Source of the DNA: Candidatus Latescibacterota bacterium
GTDB taxonomy: Bacteria > Latescibacterota > UBA2968
DNA: 64,000 nt
Reading direction: 5' to 3'
Assembly (NCBI GenBank): GCA_965204375.1
Contig: OZ241986.1
Span: 1,248,001 to 1,312,000, forward strand
Both the position numbers and the translations under genes were made by a program. The stretch's first letter is position 1; every line of letters starts with the position of its first letter. Below are positions 30,161-38,251 of the stretch, in pieces. The notes under the pieces are model-generated. The model made no database searches. It was not told the DNA's origin and saw only the letters and a list, made by a program, of their open reading frames with translations.

Positions 30161-30565
30161 ATGGCAAACATAAAAATCAAGTGGCTCATCTATACTGTAC
30201 TTGTAGGTGTAATACCTGCTCTCTTGCGAATATTGATATGGTTTATCTCACAGGACAGAACGATGGACATTTTCAACGCCTCAGACTTCGTGGCGTTTGG
30301 ATTGATTTTACATATATCCAATATCAATGAGATAGAGCATTTCAATGATCACGAAAAATCATGGAAAACAATTCAAAACGGAATCTCAATTGGTTTTATA
30401 TCACTCTATAGCGTCTTATTCACGGCTTACTTATTGGGACAGTCTAACCCTGGATTAATCAGGGGTGAGACCATAAAATATATTTCTATGGTCTCCAGTC
30501 TTGTGTCGTTTCTCTTGAGTTTCTCCGTATATAATAGAGTATCGAAACTGGTTGAGGAGGAATAA
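30161..30565 (+). CDS. AT-rich 4-TM hypothetical membrane protein
   Basis: 134 aa with four hydrophobic segments; visibly lower GC than the flanks. Confidence 0.8.
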   Translation: MANIKIKWLIYTVLVGVIPALLRILIWFISQDRTMDIFNASDFVAFGLILHISNINEIEHFNDHEKSWKTIQNGISIGFISLYSVLFTAYLLGQSNPGLIRGETIKYISMVSSLVSFLLSFSVYNRVSKLVEEE

Positions 30566-30566
30566 A

Positions 30567-30683
30567 ATGTTTGAAACTATCCTTATCATAGTCTCAATTT
30601 TGGTTGCAATAATGGGTGTTGGTGTGGCGACCTGGTCTATTATGGACACGAGAAAACGGTTGAACGATAAATCTGAGGGATAG
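30567..30683 (+). CDS. 38-aa single-TM protein
   Basis: GAGGAGG RBS; MFETILIIVSILVAIMGVGVATWSIMDTRKRLNDKSEG*; below the ORF-track length cutoff. Confidence 0.7.
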   Translation: MFETILIIVSILVAIMGVGVATWSIMDTRKRLNDKSEG

Positions 30684-30872
30684 ACCACAGGTGCTGAAAA
30701 GCCCAATTTTTGATTCACATTCGCCCCTTGGCAGTACGTCTTGCTCCTCTCGCACAGCGAGGGTAATCATGAGTGAGACCGATCCCCTGGGGCTTTTTTT
30801 TCGGAGGCTTGAGTTAAATGGCCCGAAGGACACGCGCCAGATCCCCCAAAACTATGGTAGAGGCATGGAGAA

Positions 30873-31694
30873 CTACCCATAGGCCATTTCGGGATGTTTT
30901 CCGAGAACGCGCAGGAGGCGTTCGTCGGCGCCTTCGAGGACGTAATCTGGCATGTGATAGTTGAGATAGGGCCAGAATCGCTGGGCGACGAAACGCTGAC
31001 CATAGACCTGATGGAAGAGGTAGCGGATGCGGTCGGATGTATTGGGGGCACCGCGGTGCCAGGTCTGGCTGCTGAGGAGGTAGAGGTCTCCCGCTTTCAT
31101 GAGCAGGGATTGGGGTCCACGACCGTCGAAGGTTGGGTTTTCCGGATCGTTGGGTTGCCTACCTGCATAGTGGCTGCCAGGCACGAATTGGCTGGGCCCA
31201 TACTGGTCTTCATCCTGGTCTGTCAGGGCAATCTGGAACGACATGCGGAAAACGGGCATTCGAAGACGCCTGTCATGGCTGCTGATATTGTCGTCTGTAA
31301 TTGGAAATTCCAGGCTGTCATCTACGTGAAAGCGGTTAATGCCCAGATCTTTGCGGTTCAAGATGCATCCCTGAGCCATGCAGTGGCACTGGGCACCGAG
31401 AACTGTTTCGGCGATGGATATGATAGGCTCGCGCACGAGCAGGTCGCGGAACATCCGATCGCATTCAAATAGCCGATGCACAACGATGGGTTCTTTGCCG
31501 TTGTGCTGTGGCTTTATTTTTACGTTTCGCATTTCGGCGAAATAGGGTTCTGCGAAGATCTGATCGACGCGTCTGCATATTTGCTCGCATTCTTCCCGGG
31601 AGAGGACATTTCGGATGATGGTTGCGCCATTTTTGTAAAAGTCCTCGAGAATCGGCGATAGTTCTTCTTCGGTAAAGGGTTCGTGAAGTGACAT
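30873..31694 (-). CDS. PhyH-family Fe(II)/2OG dioxygenase (canonical HxD)
   Basis: FHVD, VPGSH, KAGD...WHRGAPN.S.R.R. Confidence 0.9.
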   Translation of the reverse strand: MSLHEPFTEEELSPILEDFYKNGATIIRNVLSREECEQICRRVDQIFAEPYFAEMRNVKIKPQHNGKEPIVVHRLFECDRMFRDLLVREPIISIAETVLGAQCHCMAQGCILNRKDLGINRFHVDDSLEFPITDDNISSHDRRLRMPVFRMSFQIALTDQDEDQYGPSQFVPGSHYAGRQPNDPENPTFDGRGPQSLLMKAGDLYLLSSQTWHRGAPNTSDRIRYLFHQVYGQRFVAQRFWPYLNYHMPDYVLEGADERLLRVLGKHPEMAYG

Positions 31695-31709
31695 GGGATA
31701 TTCCTCTAC

Positions 31710-33152
31710 TCAAATCGCGCCTTTGGGTACGCCTTTGCCGACGTGGGGAAGCAGGCCTTGGATCGGTTGCCCGGGCACGAGTTTTCCATTCTGAACAAAT
31801 CCCTCTGGACGACCCGTGAGTTCCTCGATCAGTTGATCGCGCCACCAGGCCAATCGGTCGGGACGATCGCTGGACAGATCGTTGATTTCGCGGGGATCTT
31901 CGGTTAGATCGAAGAGTAATTCTTTTCCCGTCTGGGTAAACCAGGCGTACTTCTCTTTGCCATCCGTAAGCCATTGATTGGCGGATGTCGCGTGTTCTCC
32001 GTGGATAAATGGACGCCAATTATTCCCGCCACAATTCAGCACACTTTCGCCGTCGAGATCATCCGGGGTGTCGATTCCTGCGATGTCACAGAAGGTTGGG
32101 AAGATGTCCCGCAGTTCTATCGGCGATTCTACGAGCGATCCACGTTCCACAGAGCCAGATGTTTTGGGCATTCGCAGGATGAAGGGCACGCGAGCGGATC
32201 CGTCATAGGGTACGCCTTTTCCCACATGGTTGTGGTCGTAGAGCATTTCACCGTGATCTGCAGTAAAGAGTATGGCCGTGTTGTCCTGAACGCCGTATTC
32301 GTTGAGTGCCATGATCATGCGGTTGATCTGGAAATCGATGTGTGAGATTTGCGCGTAATACGCTCTTCGGGCATAATCCACCAGCGCCGGATCTCGCGGG
32401 ATCGGGCTGTCGTGGCCTCCCTTGCGGAGTTCGTGGTCAACCCAGTTTCCCATGGCAGGTGGAGGAATGTCCTTTTGCAAATATCGATTCAAGAAAGACG
32501 CGGGCGGATCCAGCGGCGGATGGGGCCGATGGTAGGATAGCGTGAGGAAGAAGGGTTTGGAGGTATCGCGCCTGCGCAAAAAGTCAATGCCCTGCGAGGT
32601 GACCCAGCTCGTGGGGTGGAGCATTTCGTGGTAGGGCCAGGCCTGCGCCGCATATCCATTGCATCCCACGCCAGAGTCGTTGTGGTCGGCATAGACCTCG
32701 CCGAGTTTTTCCCGTAGCCAGGGGGTGTAATCGTCGTTCAATCCAAATTCGCGGTTTTCCCGCCGGGCGCGATGCATATAGCCGTCGTGCAGTACGACGT
32801 TGTGAAAGCCCACGAGATTGCGCCAGGGATAGACGTGCATTTTGCCGACGCACTGGGTGTGATAACCCGCATCTGACAGAGTTCCGGGAAGTGTTACTGG
32901 ATAGTCCCATTGTACGCCGCCGTTGGTGAGGTACCCATGGCGCTTGGGGGCGAGGCCCGTGAGGATTGTGGCGCGGGCAGCAACGCATACCGGACACGAG
33001 GCATACGCCTGGGTAAATGTGATACCCTCGCCTGCCAGATAATCCAGATGGGGCGTTTCAACTGCGGGATGACCGGTATAGCCCAGACAATCTCCACGCC
33101 ATTGATCGGTCAGGATAAAGAGTATATTGGGAGCGTTTTCAGTTGTTGGCAT
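31710..33152 (-). CDS. Formylglycine-dependent sulfatase (arylsulfatase family)
   Basis: PNILFILTDQWR, CVAAR..ILTG, GKMH, PHPP, TADHG. Confidence 0.93.
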   Translation of the reverse strand: MPTTENAPNILFILTDQWRGDCLGYTGHPAVETPHLDYLAGEGITFTQAYASCPVCVAARATILTGLAPKRHGYLTNGGVQWDYPVTLPGTLSDAGYHTQCVGKMHVYPWRNLVGFHNVVLHDGYMHRARRENREFGLNDDYTPWLREKLGEVYADHNDSGVGCNGYAAQAWPYHEMLHPTSWVTSQGIDFLRRRDTSKPFFLTLSYHRPHPPLDPPASFLNRYLQKDIPPPAMGNWVDHELRKGGHDSPIPRDPALVDYARRAYYAQISHIDFQINRMIMALNEYGVQDNTAILFTADHGEMLYDHNHVGKGVPYDGSARVPFILRMPKTSGSVERGSLVESPIELRDIFPTFCDIAGIDTPDDLDGESVLNCGGNNWRPFIHGEHATSANQWLTDGKEKYAWFTQTGKELLFDLTEDPREINDLSSDRPDRLAWWRDQLIEELTGRPEGFVQNGKLVPGQPIQGLLPHVGKGVPKGAI

Positions 33153-33157
33153 TGGTT

Positions 33158-33973
33158 TTATCCCCTTCGCTTGTTGGCTAAAACCCAGACATCGCGAAAG
33201 AAGGACTGACGGCTTTCATCCAGACCGTTGATCACGACCGGGTTCATACAGGGCTTGGGTTCGTGGAAGCGCACGGTTACGTGATTGTACGCGATGAGGA
33301 TGGCGCGTCGCGGATTGTTCGGGTTGGTCCAGGGAGATCCCGTGTGCCGCACGCCTTCTGAAAATACGACGAGGCTTCCCGGCGGGCAGCCATAGGTTTC
33401 CCAAACACCTGAGTTTGGGTCATCGGCTTCTTCGGGCCAGGTTCCGTCCTGGGCAGATGCCAGATTGGCTTTGTGCGAGCCGGGCACGAGGTGGGTGCCG
33501 CCCTGGCCTTTTTTCACCTCGTTCAATTCCCAGACAATGCGCGTCATCGCGCTGTAGATGCGCCCGTTGTGAAAGCGAAAGGAAAACGAAGGGTGGAGGT
33601 TGGTCCCTCCCACGTGTGGCCGCCACTCGTTGCCGGTTTTCTCAGCAGATCGGCCGGATATGAATACGCTTTCCAATCGGATGCGCTCCCGATCAGGATC
33701 AATGACCTCCTGGAGAATGCCCATGACGCGCGGGTGATCGATCAAAAATTCGGTGGGACCAGAAATTGGTGAGCGATGGTGCTCAGGAAGGCTTTCGGGC
33801 GTTTTCATATACGTTTCGACGTGGTCGCGTGCGATCGCGATTTCTTCGCCGGAGAGAACGCTGGGGATGACGAGAAAGCCTTTTAAGTCGAAGAGGAATT
33901 TTTCGTAATCCGACATGGGATGAACTCGAACGGGTTCGGTAAGTGTCGGGGATTCAGTGGCGGTGTTTACCAT
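33158..33973 (-). CDS. PhyH-family Fe(II)/2OG enzyme with HxG motif
   Basis: FDLKGFLV, LIDHP, PHVGG, VPGSHK, SEGVRHTG; start ATG 33973 after GGAGG. Confidence 0.88.
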   Translation of the reverse strand: MVNTATESPTLTEPVRVHPMSDYEKFLFDLKGFLVIPSVLSGEEIAIARDHVETYMKTPESLPEHHRSPISGPTEFLIDHPRVMGILQEVIDPDRERIRLESVFISGRSAEKTGNEWRPHVGGTNLHPSFSFRFHNGRIYSAMTRIVWELNEVKKGQGGTHLVPGSHKANLASAQDGTWPEEADDPNSGVWETYGCPPGSLVVFSEGVRHTGSPWTNPNNPRRAILIAYNHVTVRFHEPKPCMNPVVINGLDESRQSFFRDVWVLANKRRG

Positions 33974-33986
33974 AGCAGAAACCTCC

Positions 33987-34805
33987 TTACTTTTCGGGCC
34001 ATGGACGAAACAGATTGCGCTGTTCTTTGGTATATCGCGCCAGAGTCTGCGATGTGATATGCTGAGGCTCATCCATGGTTGCGATATTCTGCGACATCAT
34101 CCAGTAGGGTCCATAGCCTACGTGGATGGTTTTGCGGACTTGATCTGAGCGGTTGGTCAAGCCACCGTGCCGCAAGTGTTCTGTGAAAAAGATCGCATCG
34201 CCTGCTTTGACTTCCAATCCGACCATTCCCGGTTCTACATCTGGATCATTGTCATAAGGGCATGGCAGGGTGCTTTTGTGTGTGCCCGGAACGACGCAAA
34301 ACGCGCCTTGTTCATTGGTGACATCGTGGATAAAGTAAACCATGCGCACCATCATGCAATCGATGCGGTCACTGCTGGTGTAGCGGTATTTTTGATTTTC
34401 CGGTCTCGTGCCGCCGTGGCTGCGCGATGTATTGTTTTTGTACCGAATGCGGATCTCTGAGTTGTTGATGGTGTAGCGACCGCGGATAACGGTTTGTACG
34501 TATGGCAATGTTTTTTCGTGGTTTACCAGCACGTCAAATGTGGAATCTGCATTCCAAAAATCTTCTATAATCAGGGTTTTTTCCTCGGAACATGAACCCT
34601 GAACGTGGTAGCCTTTTTCTTTGTTGATATGGTAATCAGCTCCCCAGGCACTGAGTTTTCGAGGTGGCAGATCGACATTGGATAAGGCGTGTTCTTCCAA
34701 TTTGTCAACGGCTTTGCGCAGGGATTGCACTTCTGCATCCGTGAGCATGTTTTTGATTGTGATATATCCCTGGCGGTCAAATTCGTATTGTTCGACTTCG
34801 TTCAT
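33987..34805 (-). CDS. PhyH-family Fe(II)/2OG enzyme with HxG motif
   Basis: FDRQGYI, SHGG, VPGTHK, KAGDAIFFTEHLRHGG. Confidence 0.88.
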   Translation of the reverse strand: MNEVEQYEFDRQGYITIKNMLTDAEVQSLRKAVDKLEEHALSNVDLPPRKLSAWGADYHINKEKGYHVQGSCSEEKTLIIEDFWNADSTFDVLVNHEKTLPYVQTVIRGRYTINNSEIRIRYKNNTSRSHGGTRPENQKYRYTSSDRIDCMMVRMVYFIHDVTNEQGAFCVVPGTHKSTLPCPYDNDPDVEPGMVGLEVKAGDAIFFTEHLRHGGLTNRSDQVRKTIHVGYGPYWMMSQNIATMDEPQHITSQTLARYTKEQRNLFRPWPEK

Positions 34806-34819
34806 TGTAACTCGTCCTG

Positions 34820-36148
34820 TTAGTTCTTCCTGAATAGTAACATTGCGATTCGTCGTTCTCCCACCACGACCTTTACAATGGCCTTGATATAGATGGGTTT
34901 TTTGAGCAATGCGAGTTCCCGGACTTTTGCCTTGAGCACCGGATGTGGATCGTCGATTCGGATCACGCCTTTAAAAGAACGCTTTGAATTTTCGGCATCG
35001 ACCATCTGTCCGTTCTGGACCATCTCGTTATTCTCTGGCTCATCGGCATCCATCTCGATAATCATACTCAGATCTGTGATTTCATTTACGGATAGGGGCA
35101 GTCCGCCCGTGTCGAATTGCCGTTCCACAATGCGGTCTTGAAGCGTATTCTGGATTTCCTGTTGAACTTCGTTGGGAAAAGTGTGAATCCTGAATTCCGC
35201 GGTGTGGGTACCTTCGATGACTGTGCCGGTTAGCGCTATCCGGTTTAATGGCTCGGCTTCGATCTTTTCTCCGGGATCGAGTGGCCCGGCATTTTGCACG
35301 TTTAATGTGCTGTGGAGATCTATTTTTTTTACCTTGCCGAGTGCGAATACCGTATCGTCTTCTATGGCGACGAGTTTGCCCGAAAAATACTCTTCTAATT
35401 GCTTGGTGACCTGACCATCCGAGATGTCGTTGAATTGTGCAAATCCCGTGCTCCACCAACCCTGCGAATCGACGTCTGTTCTCAGTATTTCGCCGTCTCC
35501 ATAAGTTGTAATCACTTCAATATGAGCCAGTTGACCGACGCGTGCGAGCCTTTGTGCGGCGCCCTTTAAGCCTGCGGAAATCCTCAGATCGTCAAAATCC
35601 AGGATACGCGCAATTTCGTCTCCTTTTTCCACGACCGTTCCGACGATTTCCTCCTCGAACAGGATAACGCCGGAGTGCGTAGCGGTGAATGTCTCCCGTC
35701 TGGAAAGCTCTTGTTCCCAGACGGACGTCGCACTTCTCATTACACCCTGAAGTTCTCGTTCCGTTGAAGTTAGAGAAGATGATGTTGCAAGGCTGTCGAG
35801 GGCGCCTTCTAATTCTTCCGCAACTTGTTTTGCACGATAGCGGTTGACCTGGGATTTATCTCTGGAAATTTCAAATAGCGGCTGACCAATTGTTACGTCG
35901 GTTTTATTTTCGACGAGTGCTTCGATGACTATGACATCCTCATCATAAGATAGGACATATTCGTGCGGCTTGATCGGTTCGGCATTAGATAATACGAGGT
36001 CCTCTGTCTTTGTAAACCACAGAAAGGCGATGGCTGTGGCGACCGCAAAAACAAAGCCATACCCGAATATCTCCAGATATTTGACGTACTTCGCAATAAG
36101 TCTGCGGGTTCTCAAGCTCTGTGTTTTCGGTCTCTCTGTCGTTTGCAT
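34820..36148 (-). CDS. HlyD-like membrane-fusion/periplasmic adaptor protein
   Basis: N-terminal TM; lipoyl halves VENKTDVTIGQPLFEI and TATHSGVI...GTVVEKGDEIARI around a helical hairpin; C-terminal VVVGERRIAMLL. Confidence 0.72.
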   Translation of the reverse strand: MQTTERPKTQSLRTRRLIAKYVKYLEIFGYGFVFAVATAIAFLWFTKTEDLVLSNAEPIKPHEYVLSYDEDVIVIEALVENKTDVTIGQPLFEISRDKSQVNRYRAKQVAEELEGALDSLATSSSLTSTERELQGVMRSATSVWEQELSRRETFTATHSGVILFEEEIVGTVVEKGDEIARILDFDDLRISAGLKGAAQRLARVGQLAHIEVITTYGDGEILRTDVDSQGWWSTGFAQFNDISDGQVTKQLEEYFSGKLVAIEDDTVFALGKVKKIDLHSTLNVQNAGPLDPGEKIEAEPLNRIALTGTVIEGTHTAEFRIHTFPNEVQQEIQNTLQDRIVERQFDTGGLPLSVNEITDLSMIIEMDADEPENNEMVQNGQMVDAENSKRSFKGVIRIDDPHPVLKAKVRELALLKKPIYIKAIVKVVVGERRIAMLLFRKN

Positions 36149-36178
36149 TTTTTTACCTGTGGTTATGAGGAGATTGCG

Positions 36179-37975
36179 TCACCCAACTTGTCTGGTATCG
36201 TCCAGGCCGAGGTATCGCCGGTACATCTCTGCGTACTCGCCCCCATTGCGAATCAGTTCTGCGTGTGTCCCTTGTTCGAGGATCTGACCTTCGCCGAGAA
36301 CGATGATCAGGTCGGCATTTGCCACTGTTGTGAGTCTGTGAGAGACTATGAATGTGGTGCGTCCTTCTGCCACGCGGTCCAGGCTTTGCAAAAATCGCTG
36401 TTCTGTGGCGCTGTCCAGGGATGATGTGGGTTCGTCGAGGATGAGAATTTTGGGATCGCGGACCATGGCCCGGGCAATCCCGATCCGCTGTTTCTGACCC
36501 CCTGAGATTCGCGTGCCTTCTCTAAGATCGGTGTCATATCCGTTGCGTTGGGATGAGGCAAATGCGTCTATGTCCGCCAGTTGGGCGGCTCTGACCACTT
36601 CATCGTCAGATGCATGGGGCTGACCGAACAGGATATTTTCTTTGATTGTTCCGTTGAACAAATGCGTTTCCTGTAAAACCAGACCAACCTGGTCCTGATA
36701 GGTGCTCGATTTCACTTCTCTGAGGTCCTGACCATCTACAATTACCCTGCCCGAATCCGGGTCGTATAGCCGGAGAAGCAGGTTCGCGACCGTGGTTTTA
36801 CCCGATCCACTGTGTCCCACCAGGGCGATTTTTTGACCTGCCTGAACGGTGAAGCTCAGGTTGCGCAGGATCGGTGTGCCATCCTCGTAAGAAAAGGAAA
36901 CATTGTCAAAGACGACATCGCCCCTGACAGGTGGCATTGCCGGTGCATTGGGACGGTCTGTAACGGCGGGAACCTGATCCAGTGTTTCGAGAATGCGCTC
37001 GGCGGGAACCATTGCAATGCGAACTTGCTGAAAATACCGAATCAGGACTTGAATGGGATTGGACAGGCGGTTCGAATAGGAGAAAATGGGGAAGACGGAC
37101 CCATAGGAGAGGTTGCCTAAAATAACTTCTCTGAGGAAGTATAGTCTTATCAGTTGATTTTTAGCCCAGGGGAGCAAGCCGCTATTGCCCGCGATTTCTC
37201 GTTCGATGGTACGCATATAAAACAGGCGCATCGCGGCGCGGTACCCTTCGATGGTGAGATTAACATATCGCTTTACTTCGTGCCGACGCCGACCAAATGT
37301 CTGTACGACAGCTGCCCCGGCAACGCCTTCTTGAAGCCCGGAGTCGCGCGCCTGCCATCTCTCTCTTACGCGGCGATCGAATCTGCGCTGTATGGTCGCG
37401 ATCTTCTGGGCGATCATCCCATAAGGAATCGAGTAAATCAGAATGACCAGCGAAACCCGCCAGTCCAACCAGGTGGTGAAGATGAGTATGAGTATGAACT
37501 CATAGACCGCCCGCAATGTCGCTGGCAAGATGTCCGTAATCATGCGCATTACGGCCCCCGTATCTGCGCTGGCGCGATACATGTGCTCGCCAATACCACG
37601 ACTCTCATAGAAGGTCATGGAGAGACGCTGGAGGTGGGTGAAGAAGTGGGTTTTGAGGGCTAAGCTCACGCGTAGATCTACGTAGTGATTGAGTATGGTT
37701 GACATGGTGCCGACCAATCTCTGAATCAGAACAAGCACAACATAGGCGACAAAGATGCTGTAGAACAGGTTCCAATTCTGATTTGGAAAAGCATCATCGA
37801 CGAGGAACTTGCTCAGCCACGGATTCACAACCCGAAACGTGCTGACGACGATCGTGCCCATTACGACGAGCAGCGCCTTATCCCAGACCGGGATCATCAG
37901 CCTGAGAAAACGCAGAAAGACTCTTATAAGCGACTGTTTTGCTCCCTTGCGGGGAGGAGGAAAATAGTTGAACAT
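36179..37975 (-). CDS. ABC exporter half-transporter (TMD+NBD)
   Basis: GHSGSGKT, ISGGQKQR, ILDEPTSSLD, SHRL. Confidence 0.93.
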   Translation of the reverse strand: MFNYFPPPRKGAKQSLIRVFLRFLRLMIPVWDKALLVVMGTIVVSTFRVVNPWLSKFLVDDAFPNQNWNLFYSIFVAYVVLVLIQRLVGTMSTILNHYVDLRVSLALKTHFFTHLQRLSMTFYESRGIGEHMYRASADTGAVMRMITDILPATLRAVYEFILILIFTTWLDWRVSLVILIYSIPYGMIAQKIATIQRRFDRRVRERWQARDSGLQEGVAGAAVVQTFGRRRHEVKRYVNLTIEGYRAAMRLFYMRTIEREIAGNSGLLPWAKNQLIRLYFLREVILGNLSYGSVFPIFSYSNRLSNPIQVLIRYFQQVRIAMVPAERILETLDQVPAVTDRPNAPAMPPVRGDVVFDNVSFSYEDGTPILRNLSFTVQAGQKIALVGHSGSGKTTVANLLLRLYDPDSGRVIVDGQDLREVKSSTYQDQVGLVLQETHLFNGTIKENILFGQPHASDDEVVRAAQLADIDAFASSQRNGYDTDLREGTRISGGQKQRIGIARAMVRDPKILILDEPTSSLDSATEQRFLQSLDRVAEGRTTFIVSHRLTTVANADLIIVLGEGQILEQGTHAELIRNGGEYAEMYRRYLGLDDTRQVG

Positions 37976-38028
37976 CGTCTGGTCTTACCTGTCCAATATA
38001 CGCGCGTGGTTTCTCCCAAAGATACCAC

Positions 38029-38060
38029 AATTAGGCGAAGATAGGTTTGAATGTCAATTG
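38029..38060 (-). promoter_or_regulatory. 32-bp promoter/operator-like motif, copy 1
   Basis: AATTAGGCGAAGATAGGTTTGAATGTCAATTG; 27/32 identical to 49365-49396; contains TTGACA on the minus strand. Confidence 0.65.
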
Positions 38061-38251
38061 TATTCTCGGGTTCTTTCTCGCGAAGAGAAACTCTTGCTAT
38101 ACAGAGAAGATTTGAATAGTATATGTCAGTTATCCGAAACTTTTAATCATGTACTCTTGTCTAAACCCTCTAAATATCAGGAAAAAGGAGAAAAAAAATC
38201 AAATTATCCTATCTGTCACGACACGCTTATTGAACTATGGGGGCTTGCTTC

